IMG/VR virus record: IMGVR_UViG_3300023184_004234 | Coordinates: 3,910 to 67,909 of that record | Origin: a virus | Strand: one strand, 5' to 3' | DNA length: 64,000 nucleotides | Part shown: positions 48,370 through 58,000 of the stretch, one piece after another | Layout: each line of letters opens with the position of its first letter | Numbering within the stretch: position 1 is the stretch's first letter | Made by a program: the position numbers and the translations under genes | The notes under the pieces: generated by a model | Databases searched by the model: none | The model's input: only the letters and a program-made list of their open reading frames with translations | Told to the model about the DNA's origin: nothing

Positions 48370-49313
48370 AAACAGTTTTAATAACAGGTTGCAGTGGATT
48401 GGTTGGTATACATTTAGTAAATCAATGTTTAGAAAAAGGATATAATGTAATTGGAGTAGATATTAAAAAATCTATTCATTTACCCATAGATAATCCTAAT
48501 TTTATATTCTCATTTAGAAATTTGGCACAAGATGGTGAAGTAGAATTATTGTTTAAACAATACGAACCTGATGTGGTATTCAATTCATTCGGTATTAAAG
48601 GTTCACCATTGAAGGCAAAAAATGAACCTGTGGATTTCCTTTACCCATCTTTTAAAATTAATACTGAGATTATAAATCAATGTGCAAAGAATAATATCTG
48701 GTTAATCTTTGTTAGTTCAGTTGGAGTATATGCACCAGCAGAAACATTTGTAGAAGATAGTGTATGGAAAACATTACCATCGGAAGCAGATTGGTTTCCA
48801 AGTTGGAGTAAGAGAATGGGTGAAATTTTATTAGAAGCATATAAAGTACAATACGCATACAAAAATTGGGCAATTATAAGACCAGCAAACATCTTCGGTG
48901 AGTATGATAATTTTGATGGTAATGGGACGGTAATTGCAACTCAATGTAAAAAAGTATTTGAAGCAAATGAAATAGTTAGTGCTTGGGGTGATGGAACACC
49001 GATTAGAGATTTTGTTTATGCGGGCGATGTAGCAGATGCAATTATTAAATTATATGAAACTAAAAATCATATAATTGTAAACTTTGGAGCAGGTGAAGAA
49101 ATTACTATCAAATCAATGATTGAAGATTTAATTGAAATAAGTGGAAAGAAATTGGAAATTGTATGGGATATTACAAAACCAAATGGTGATATGAGAAGAC
49201 AAATGGATATCCAACAACAAACAAAAATAAATTTACTACCAAAATTAGGATTTAAAGAAGCACTTAATATAACCTACAACTTTTATAAAAACAATAGAGA
49301 TGGAAATAATTAA
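48366..49313 (+). CDS. NDP-sugar epimerase/reductase, GDP-L-fucose synthase-like
   Basis: ITGCSGLVG, SSVGVY, RPANIFG and WGDGTPIRDFVY. The usual YxxxK Tyr is not evident (PSWSK). Confidence 0.82.
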   Translation: MKTVLITGCSGLVGIHLVNQCLEKGYNVIGVDIKKSIHLPIDNPNFIFSFRNLAQDGEVELLFKQYEPDVVFNSFGIKGSPLKAKNEPVDFLYPSFKINTEIINQCAKNNIWLIFVSSVGVYAPAETFVEDSVWKTLPSEADWFPSWSKRMGEILLEAYKVQYAYKNWAIIRPANIFGEYDNFDGNGTVIATQCKKVFEANEIVSAWGDGTPIRDFVYAGDVADAIIKLYETKNHIIVNFGAGEEITIKSMIEDLIEISGKKLEIVWDITKPNGDMRRQMDIQQQTKINLLPKLGFKEALNITYNFYKNNRDGNN

Positions 49314-50004
49314 TACTGGATATTCTACTGGTAATATATTAGATATATTAACACCTGAGCAAAAAATAGATTTAGAAAAAAATATTCAGTATGTAAAAGA
49401 TTCTGCAGTTGATAAGACGGAATTGAAATATAGATTTGATTTTTCTGGAGGTCCACCATATACCGATAATATTGTTATGTGGGATGGTATAAAAGAAAGA
49501 GAAGAATATGTTGAAAAGAATGGTTATCATATATTTCAAAAATTTTGGGAATATGATTTAAAAGATGAACGAATTACAAAATTCTTTGACACAATCTCAG
49601 TAGCTATTGGCAATTCACTATATCCAAAATATAATATTAATTTAAATGATTTGGATAGCAGAGGAAGATATATGTTATACGAAAATGGTGATTTTATTAA
49701 CGCACATGAAGATGGATTTGATGCGAGAAGATTATGTGTAGTGTTATTATATTTAAACGATGATTGGAAAGAAGGTGATGGTGGGGAATTAGTTATTAAA
49801 AATAATGGAAAAGAAACAATTGTTTTACCAAAATTAGGCAACTATGCAGTTTTAGATTTTACAAAAAATAACGTAACACATCAAGTTTTAAAAGTGAATA
49901 ATAATTTTAAAAGATTTAGTTATATTCATTTTTTAAATTTTAAAGATATAGATACCGAAACATTTAAATTATTCAAAGAAGATAAAATAGAATTCAAAAA
50001 TTAA
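49300..50004 (+). CDS. 2OG-Fe(II) oxygenase (prolyl-4-hydroxylase-like fold)
   Basis: HED (HxD), LLYLNDDW...GGEL, distal H (THQV) and RFS. Confidence 0.85.
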   Translation: MEIINTGYSTGNILDILTPEQKIDLEKNIQYVKDSAVDKTELKYRFDFSGGPPYTDNIVMWDGIKEREEYVEKNGYHIFQKFWEYDLKDERITKFFDTISVAIGNSLYPKYNINLNDLDSRGRYMLYENGDFINAHEDGFDARRLCVVLLYLNDDWKEGDGGELVIKNNGKETIVLPKLGNYAVLDFTKNNVTHQVLKVNNNFKRFSYIHFLNFKDIDTETFKLFKEDKIEFKN

Positions 50005-50006
50005 TT

Positions 50007-50984
50007 ATGATAAATAAAGATTCAAAAATCCTGATAACAGGTGGTTCTGGCTTAGTAGGTCAAAATTTAACAAACCGATTACACAAAGAAGGTTACACAA
50101 ACATTAGAGTTAATTTACACAAAAGAGGAGTACGAACACCAATCGAAGGTGTAGAGTATGTTCACTTTGATTTAAAAACATATGAAGGATGTTTAGATGC
50201 AACTAAGGGTGTTGATGTAGTATACCACGCCGCAGCAAGTACATCAAATGCAGTAGATACAGTAGTTGACCCGTTAGCACATGTTACACCAAATGTAGCA
50301 ATGAATAATTTCTTAATTGATGCCAGTTGGAGAAATAACGTATCACATTACATCTTTTTATCATCTAATACAGTTTATCCACCAAAAGGAGATAAGCCGG
50401 TAGTAGAAACCGATTTCTTATTTGATGAACCATATCCTGTTTATTTTCCTGTGGGTTGGATGAAACGATATGCAGAAGTACAATGTGAATTATATGCAAA
50501 ATATTTACCGGTTAAAATGAAATGTACGATTATTAGACCTGCAAATTTATTTGGACCGCATGATAAGTATGATTTTAATAAATGTCATGTTACTCCTGCA
50601 ACAATCAGAAAAGTAGCAGACCAAATGAATCCAATTCCAGTATGGGGTGATGGTAGTGAATTAAGAGATTTATTATACATTGAAGATTTTGTAGAAGCGT
50701 TACAAATAGTAATGGAAAAAGAAACCGAAGATTATCAAGTTTATAATATCGGTTCTAATAGAGTATATTCAGTATTAGAAGTATTAGAAGCAATGAAACG
50801 AATTGCAAACTTTGATGCACCAACTGAATTTATTAAAGGTAAACCATCAATGATTCCAACTCGTAAGATTGATTCATTTAAGATTTTTGATAAATTAGGA
50901 TGGCAAGCAACTACATCATTAGAAGATGGATTAGCTAATGCATACGAATGGTATTTAGAACATAAAGATGAATTCAAAGATTAA
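50007..50984 (+). CDS. NDP-sugar epimerase/reductase, GDP-L-fucose synthase-like
   Basis: ITGGSGLVG, SSNTVYP, RPANLFGPHD, HVTPATIRK and WGDGSELRDLLY. Confidence 0.85.
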   Translation: MINKDSKILITGGSGLVGQNLTNRLHKEGYTNIRVNLHKRGVRTPIEGVEYVHFDLKTYEGCLDATKGVDVVYHAAASTSNAVDTVVDPLAHVTPNVAMNNFLIDASWRNNVSHYIFLSSNTVYPPKGDKPVVETDFLFDEPYPVYFPVGWMKRYAEVQCELYAKYLPVKMKCTIIRPANLFGPHDKYDFNKCHVTPATIRKVADQMNPIPVWGDGSELRDLLYIEDFVEALQIVMEKETEDYQVYNIGSNRVYSVLEVLEAMKRIANFDAPTEFIKGKPSMIPTRKIDSFKIFDKLGWQATTSLEDGLANAYEWYLEHKDEFKD

Positions 50985-52174
50985 TGAAAAGAATTCTATT
51001 TGCAGGAGATAGTTTTACATGGGGAGAAGGATTACAATTCTACTCCGGTCAGAAAGATGTTTTTTTTCCAAAAACACATAAGTTTGACCCAACATTAATA
51101 TCAAATTTGCAAATGGAATTTATTATTAATAATAGATTTCCAACATTAGTTGGTAACCATTTTAATAAAGAAACTATATTAAGAGCCGATAATGGTGGTT
51201 CTAATACTTGGTCTACCAAATTTATAAAAGAGATAAAAAATACAAATCAAATTTCTCATATAATATATCAATTAACTGATTTGTATAGAGAAGAATTTGA
51301 ATTTACACATAATGGTAAATTAATATCAATATATGTTCAAGATTTTGCACAAACTAAACATTTAGATAAAAAAACTGATTTTAAATTGAATACTAAATAT
51401 AGTGACCATAAAAATGATTATGACTCATTTTTTGAATATTATGCTGCTAATTTTAAATCAATTGAAGAATTTGAAATATTTTTTATAAAACAATCGTTAC
51501 TTAAAATAAAAAATGAATTATTAAATCATATTGCAAATGGAATAATTGTTTATTTTTTAAATTGGAGAACAAATTATACACCTATACTTTTAAAAGATAA
51601 ATTTTTTTCAAAACGATTAATAAAATTTAATTATTTAAATAAAACTTATTCTGATTTAGAAACACTATGTAACGAAAAAAGGCCCGAATTAACAAATCAA
51701 TATGTATTTAGAACATTTAAAGTATTGGTAAATGATTCACATCCGTCATTATTAGGACATAGAATAATTGCAGAAAATATAATTAAAAAAATTGGAGTAA
51801 TAGATGAAATTGATGATGATGTTAAATTAAGTAATGAATTAATAAAAGAAGAAGAACTTAGATTACAAAATGAAATATTAATATTAAAATCTAAATTAGA
51901 TAAAGTTAGAGGTGATATAATAGAACAAACAGAAATAGAAGAACAAAAATTAATTAATTATTCAATTCAAATAGATCCAGAAATAGTAGCACTAAAATCG
52001 GAAAAATTAAAAGAAGAATTAAAGCAAAAGTTAAATGATGAATTAGAAGATGAACTAACTGAAATAAGAAAAAGATTGGATTCAGTTAGATACGATTTAA
52101 CTGAACAACTTGCAATTGAAGAATGTAGATTAAAAGATATTATAAAAAGAAACAATACAAAAAAACTTATATGA
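50984..52174 (+). CDS. SGNH/GDSL hydrolase-like protein with C-terminal coiled coil
   Basis: FAGDSFTWG (block I), GGSN and DSHPSLLGH (block V). Acidic coiled-coil tail with an internal duplication. Confidence 0.7.
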   Translation: MKRILFAGDSFTWGEGLQFYSGQKDVFFPKTHKFDPTLISNLQMEFIINNRFPTLVGNHFNKETILRADNGGSNTWSTKFIKEIKNTNQISHIIYQLTDLYREEFEFTHNGKLISIYVQDFAQTKHLDKKTDFKLNTKYSDHKNDYDSFFEYYAANFKSIEEFEIFFIKQSLLKIKNELLNHIANGIIVYFLNWRTNYTPILLKDKFFSKRLIKFNYLNKTYSDLETLCNEKRPELTNQYVFRTFKVLVNDSHPSLLGHRIIAENIIKKIGVIDEIDDDVKLSNELIKEEELRLQNEILILKSKLDKVRGDIIEQTEIEEQKLINYSIQIDPEIVALKSEKLKEELKQKLNDELEDELTEIRKRLDSVRYDLTEQLAIEECRLKDIIKRNNTKKLI

Positions 52175-52716
52175 GTTCACCAGAATATACACCATACAAA
52201 GATGCTTTAACGGAAGCAATGAAAAATTTAGCAGAATTAGAAGATTCTGTTTTTATTGGTCAACAAATTGTTTATCAAGGCAATCCTATGAGTACAACGT
52301 TAGGATTTGTGCCAAAAGATAAAATGATTGAAGTTCCTGTAATGGAAGAATCTCAAATGGGAATGAGTTTAGGAATGGCAATGGCAGGTAAAAGAGTTAT
52401 TACGTTCTATCCTCGTTGGGATTTTATTATTTGTGCGGCAAATCAATTAATAAATCACGTCGATAAAATTGGTATAATGAGTGAAGGTAAATGGAAACCA
52501 AACTTAATTATTAGATTAGGTAAAGGTAGTGATAAACCAATTGATCCAGGTCATCAACATAGAGGAAATTATTTTGAAGAGTTTAAATCTTTATGTAAAA
52601 ATATAGAATTCCACGATTTAAAAACACCTACTGATATTGAATTGGCCTACAAATATGCAACCAAAGAAGGTGGTATTCATATATTAGTAGAATATCCAGA
52701 ATTATATTATGCTTAA
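52171..52716 (+). CDS. TPP-dependent E1 beta-like subunit (pyrimidine-binding domain only)
   Basis: VFIGQ, EVPVMEESQMGMSLGMA, AANQLINH and GHQH. 181 aa, lacking the transketolase C-terminal domain. Confidence 0.85.
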   Translation: MSSPEYTPYKDALTEAMKNLAELEDSVFIGQQIVYQGNPMSTTLGFVPKDKMIEVPVMEESQMGMSLGMAMAGKRVITFYPRWDFIICAANQLINHVDKIGIMSEGKWKPNLIIRLGKGSDKPIDPGHQHRGNYFEEFKSLCKNIEFHDLKTPTDIELAYKYATKEGGIHILVEYPELYYA

Positions 52717-54073
52717 TTTGGTATTTGATAAATGGAGCGTAGAAGGTTACATTCCAAATGGTATGGATGAGGCATTAGTAAATTACATAATGTTTAATTA
52801 TCAAAAAGATGAAGATACCTATAATCATTTGCCAAACGCTTTAGAAAAAACATTTGGAAAAGATTTTAATATTTGGAATGATTTATTTGGAATAATATTA
52901 AGTAAAAATTTAATAAAATGTATACCATACACATCAAATAAAAAAGATTGGGTATATGTAATTGAACCATGGGGACATTTATCTTATTCTTGTAATTTAT
53001 TTGTAGATGAAAGAGGTGGTGGATATAGAAATTTTTTCAAAAATATTCCTGAAAAAATAAAAAAAGATATCAATGATGACAATGGAAAACTTGTAATAAA
53101 TTATTCACATGAAGGATGGGTAAACGATTGGCTTTTAAAAAATTTATATTTAGGAATAAAAAATAATGGAATATCAACAAAAAATTCTATTTTAATATTA
53201 AATGATTTTAATTTAGAAAAAAAAGTTAATAAGTTTATTTTAGAAAATGGAATAGATAAAGAAACATTTCCTAAAATAATAAATTATAGTTATTATATAC
53301 CATTTTCTTCTTTTTATTTTTATAACAAATATAAAGAATTTGATACTGCTAAATATTTTAAAAACAAAACTCATAAATTTTTATTTTTAAATAGAAGATT
53401 AGAAGTACATAAATTAGAAGTATTATTACAACTATATGAAAATATAAAAAATGAAAGTATTATATCATATGATAAAACATTAATATCCGATGACGTATTA
53501 TTTGAATTTACAACAAATTTTGAATTAAAAAATAAATTTGATTCCATTCCCAATAAATCAATTGCAGATATAGAAAACATAAAAGATGTTAATGGGTATA
53601 AAGATGAAAACTCAGAACTATATGAAAAATCATTATTTAGTATTGTAACTGAAACTAATTTTTATAATGATAATGATTTTATAAGTGAAAAGATTTTTAA
53701 ACCATTATGGCATATGCAACCATTTATTGTAATAGGTAGACCATATATGTTAAAATATTTAAAAGAACTAGGGTTTAAAACATTTGATTGGTTAATAGAT
53801 GAAACATACGATACAATAGAAGATAATAATACTAGAATGAAATTAATTATAACTGAAATTGAAAAATTAAACAAAATGGATTTCAACTTATTAAAAGAAA
53901 AAATTCATAATAGTTATGATATATTAGAACATAATAGAAATGTTATATTAAACATTGGGAATAATATATCTGAAATTGAATATACATTATTATCTAATTT
54001 GAATAAATTTAATGAGATTAGGTATTTAGACCTAATAAAAAATATAAACTATGAAAAAGGCAATTTGGTGTAG
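52709..54073 (+). CDS. Uncharacterised GT-B/GT10-like putative glycosyltransferase
   Basis: FLFLNRR...HK, FSIVTET, FISEKIFKPL...PFIVIG, LKELGFKTF and IDETYD. Confidence 0.55.
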   Translation: MLNLVFDKWSVEGYIPNGMDEALVNYIMFNYQKDEDTYNHLPNALEKTFGKDFNIWNDLFGIILSKNLIKCIPYTSNKKDWVYVIEPWGHLSYSCNLFVDERGGGYRNFFKNIPEKIKKDINDDNGKLVINYSHEGWVNDWLLKNLYLGIKNNGISTKNSILILNDFNLEKKVNKFILENGIDKETFPKIINYSYYIPFSSFYFYNKYKEFDTAKYFKNKTHKFLFLNRRLEVHKLEVLLQLYENIKNESIISYDKTLISDDVLFEFTTNFELKNKFDSIPNKSIADIENIKDVNGYKDENSELYEKSLFSIVTETNFYNDNDFISEKIFKPLWHMQPFIVIGRPYMLKYLKELGFKTFDWLIDETYDTIEDNNTRMKLIITEIEKLNKMDFNLLKEKIHNSYDILEHNRNVILNIGNNISEIEYTLLSNLNKFNEIRYLDLIKNINYEKGNLV

Positions 54074-54863
54074 AGGATGCTCATTTACATTTGGAGAAGG
54101 ATTACAATATTTTTCAGAATTACCTTCGGTAAATATACCGGATGAACAATATTGGGATTCAAAATATTTAACAAATGCACAATATCAATTTATTAGATAT
54201 AATAGATATTCAAAATTATTAGCAGATAAATTAAATACAATTGATATAAATGGTTCATTAAATGGTGGTACAAATGCAACCATATATAACGCATTAAAAA
54301 GATTATTATCACCAAAATATTCAAATAATAATTCTCCATATTTGGATGAACACTATATTGAGTTAAATGAAATTGGTTTAATAGTAATTCAATTTACAGA
54401 TTTATTTAGAGAACATATCAAAATAGATGACATATTATACGAACCAGCTAGTAAATATAAAGATAAATTTGATTGGATAGAAACAGTTTCTAAAACAATT
54501 ACGTTTGAAACTTTTGTAGAAAAAGTAGCGGAAAAAACGATAAAAGAATTTGAAATATTATTAAAAGAAATACAAGAAAAAAATCCAGATGTAATAATTA
54601 GAGTATTTAATTGGTTTCCAGAAACGGATAATGCTATTAGAAACAATGAATATTTTAAAGATAAACTTTTAAAATTTGAAATAGATGGAAAAACGTATAA
54701 TAATTTTAAAGACATGATATATGGAAAGCATGGGTTGACAATTGAAGAAACTTTTTATCCAAAATGTGGACACGACCAACATTTTAATTTAATTGGTCAA
54801 AAATTAATAACAGATACTATTTATGCTAGTATAAAAGATGAATGGGAAGAAAAATATAAATAA
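54051..54863 (+). CDS. SGNH-like hydrolase/acyltransferase, paralog of 50984..52174
   Basis: GCSFTFGEGLQ, GGTN, IQFTDLFRE and DQHFNLIGQ. Confidence 0.65.
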   Translation: MKKAIWCRGCSFTFGEGLQYFSELPSVNIPDEQYWDSKYLTNAQYQFIRYNRYSKLLADKLNTIDINGSLNGGTNATIYNALKRLLSPKYSNNNSPYLDEHYIELNEIGLIVIQFTDLFREHIKIDDILYEPASKYKDKFDWIETVSKTITFETFVEKVAEKTIKEFEILLKEIQEKNPDVIIRVFNWFPETDNAIRNNEYFKDKLLKFEIDGKTYNNFKDMIYGKHGLTIEETFYPKCGHDQHFNLIGQKLITDTIYASIKDEWEEKYK

Positions 54864-54880
54864 AAAATTAAACAATTAAT

Positions 54881-55000
54881 ATGATAAGTTTATTTAAGAA
54901 ATTGAAAAGTTTATATAAAACTTGGAAATTAAAAAGAGAGTTCAAAAAGAAAATAAAAGAACTAAGAAAAAGAGACCCATTTATCTATAAGAACGTTTAG
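54881..55000 (+). CDS. Small basic hypothetical protein (39 aa), not in the ORF track
   Basis: ATG at 54881 after an A-rich leader encodes MISLFKKLKSLYKTWKLKREFKKKIKELRKRDPFIYKNV, TAG at 54998-55000. It fills the gap almost exactly. Confidence 0.65.
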   Translation: MISLFKKLKSLYKTWKLKREFKKKIKELRKRDPFIYKNV

Positions 55001-55004
55001 TGTA

Positions 55005-55012
55005 TATTTATA
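55005..55012 (+). promoter_or_regulatory. Putative late promoter (TATTTATA)
   Basis: Intergenic motif just before the ATG at 55016. Confidence 0.5.
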
Positions 55013-55015
55013 CTT

Positions 55016-58000
55016 ATGGAATTAGCTAATTTTATTGTTGAGGCTGTTTTAAAACAGGCCGTTACAGACAAAATTGTAGTGTATGGTGGGCGTTTCCAAC
55101 CATTTCACAAAGGTCATAAAAAAGTTTATGATGCATTGGTATCAAAATTTGGTTCTAAAAATGTATATATTGCAACATCCGATGTGCAAGATGGTGATAA
55201 ATCTCCATTATCATTTAACGATAAGAAAGAAATTGCAACTAAATTATTTGGAATACCATCTTCAAAGTTTGTAAAAGTAAAACAACCATATCAACCGGTA
55301 GAAATATTGAGAGGATATGATGATACAACTACTGCATTGATTGTAGCGGTTGGTGAAAAAGATGATAGTAGATTGGGTGGTAATTATTTCAAACCATATA
55401 CAAACGATAAAAATTTAAAAGGATATGCAGTTAATGCATATGTTTATTCAGCGTTACCTTCTAATTCATTTGGTGCAACGGATGTTAGAAATATGTTCCG
55501 TAACAATAGAATGGGTGGTGAAAGAAAACAAAAAGAATTTGAAAAGTTTTTTGGTAAATTTGATAAAGCAATTTATACTAAATTAATTACAAAATTAAAT
55601 GAAGGTGTAGATACTGATAATAATATACCAGGTGGAAAAGCAGATGATTTAACGTTGGTAGATATTGCAAAGAAATGGGCAGGGGATTACTACGATTACA
55701 AAAACGTATTAGATACCGTAAAACAAGAACTAAAACGAGGTATTAAGATTGAATTAGAACATACATCTGATATTAAAATCGCAGCTGAAATAGCTAAAGA
55801 CCATTTAGCAGAAAAACTTACATATTATCGTGATTTACATAATATAGAAAAAGGTATGTATCAACCACACAATCCAATAAAAGAAGCAAGTGCAGCAGGT
55901 AGTGGGTATGATGAAAAAACATTAGACCAATTAGTAGATAATCCTGATACTGGTGAGAAAGTAAAAGTTCGTTCAGCACTAAATTACGATAAAAACCATC
56001 CATCGTATAGAGCAGCGATGGCATTAGTTGGTAAAAGTGGTGCACAATCACAACCACCCGCAAATAGAAATGCCGGCGGACCAATGACGGGTGCAAATAA
56101 TAAAGTTGGAGCAAAACCAACACCTGGCGCAAATAATCAAAATGGTACAAATAGTACAAACAAAACACAAAAACCATTAGATAAACCATTAACTAATCCT
56201 GCACAAGCTCAAGAAAAACCACAGCAACCACAACCACAACAAAAGAAACCAGCTCCAATGAATCAAACGGCTCCGGTTGATGATAAAGGAAATGTGGCAG
56301 GCACATCAATTAAAGTAAAGCCTACATTAGATGAGATTCCACCTAAATTTAAAGAAGAAGTAAATACAAAAATTACAGGTTTAGCAAAACATTTTGATGA
56401 AGATAAAAAACAAGCAACTGAAAAAGTATTACAACGTAGAGGTTTAAAATCAAAAGATGAAGTTAAACCAGAAGAAATGGAAGACTTTAAAAAAGAAGTA
56501 GATTCAAAAAGAGAACCCACATATAATCTTTGTGATATATCTGTTCCAGGTACTAACTTATATTGTAATGGAAATAAAGGAATTCCTCGTAAAAAAATGC
56601 CACAATTCAAAGGTAAGCCACAACCTGGTTCACAAGCTGAAAAAGATTTAGAAGCAGAAAAAAAAGCAGGTAAAGCAAAACCGGATGCGGAAGAAATAAA
56701 TGGTGAAAAACTATATGCAAAAATGTTGGAAGATAAGGGTATTAAAGTAACAAATACAGAAGTACCTGCAGAATCATTAAAAGCAACTCAAACAGAATTA
56801 GTTGGTGATAAAGTATTAGGAATGGAAGCGGGATTAGAAGCAGACCCAACAAATCCAAATCTAACTGCGCCGCTTTATGTAAGTAAAGATGGATATGTAA
56901 TTGATGGACACCATAGATGGGCAGCAATTACATCATATAATATAAAACATCCAGAAGCACCAATTCCATTAAAAGTAATGATTGTTGACCAGGATATTGA
57001 TACCGCAATTCAGTCAGCAAATGATTTTGCAAATGAATATGGTGTGGCCACCAAATCTGGACAAGAAGCAGGACCTGGTTCAGATACAAATAAAGAAACA
57101 CCTGCAAGTGGAGTTCAACCAACAAAAGGTTCAACTGATGCAAAATCAGCAGGGATTGGAAAGGTAGCAACTAAAGCAGTTCAAAATCCAAAAGTTTTAG
57201 CAAGAACAATCAAACATAATATTTCAAAATGGTCCGATAAAGAAAAACAATTTTTTAGAGGTAATCAACATAAAGCAAATTCACCGGCTAGAAGAAGTAT
57301 TGGTGAAGCAATTAGTAATAAAGTAAAATCAATTGTACCTTCTGTTAAAAAGGAAATGGCACATTTGGGACATACGTTTCAGCATGCAGGTGAAGGAATT
57401 TCAAATTTATTTCAAGGTAAACCAATAAGTGATAAAGAAAAAGATGCATTTAAAACATTAGGTAAAACTATCGCTATGAGTGCAGTGGGTGTAGCATTGG
57501 GTGGTGGTTTAGGACATGGTGTTGGAATGTTAATGAAGCATTTAGGTGGGCATTTAGCAGAACATTTAGTTGCAGAAATAGCAATTGGTGGTATTGGTAA
57601 AGCAGCTATATTTGCAGGAACTGAATTAGATGGTGATAATGACAAATATGTTGAGTGGTTTACATTGTATTTTGCTAAAGAAATGAAAGAAGGTAAAATT
57701 CCATTAGAAGTTTGGGATAGTGCAGTGCAAGATTATAATAGAGACAAAGAAGATGGTAAATTAGATGGTGATACAAATACGGTAGCAGAAGTAATTACTG
57801 AAATGAGTACAAATGATGTTCATTTTAAACATATAATGAAACATTATAAAACATCTAAGTTTGCAAAAAGAATAAATATGTATCTTTTTGGAAAACCGAA
57901 TATACCAAATTCATCTAGTAATGTAGCTAGAGAACTTAGAAATATGAATTATGATGAAATAACTCAAATGGAAAAAGAACTCAATATTACTGATATGGAT

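Noticed and set aside
41960-52174. Shared C-terminal KKLI/TLI motif on several island proteins (ends at 41977, 44503, 52174) as a targeting signal
   Set aside because: It can be explained by the A/T-rich translation-initiation sequence of the overlapping next gene (AAAAAATTAATATAATG). Too few cases to claim a signal.
45039-52716. Pyruvate dehydrogenase as an auxiliary metabolic gene
   Set aside because: Both subunits are short, there is no E2/E3, and they sit among NDP-sugar enzymes. Sugar branching is the better explanation.
32174-54863. Bacterial O-antigen/capsule locus or eukaryotic contamination (GT7)
   Set aside because: No wzx/wzy/ABC transporter or priming GT, no introns, and the block is seamlessly coupled to phage fibre and head genes with the same strand and codon style.
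32174-54863. DNA hypermodification cluster
   Set aside because: Disfavoured but not excluded. There is no hydroxymethylase, nucleotide kinase or T4-type DNA glucosyltransferase in the window, lectin-like domains and GT7 fit glycan/protein acceptors, and GATC avoidance suggests restriction-sensitive DNA.
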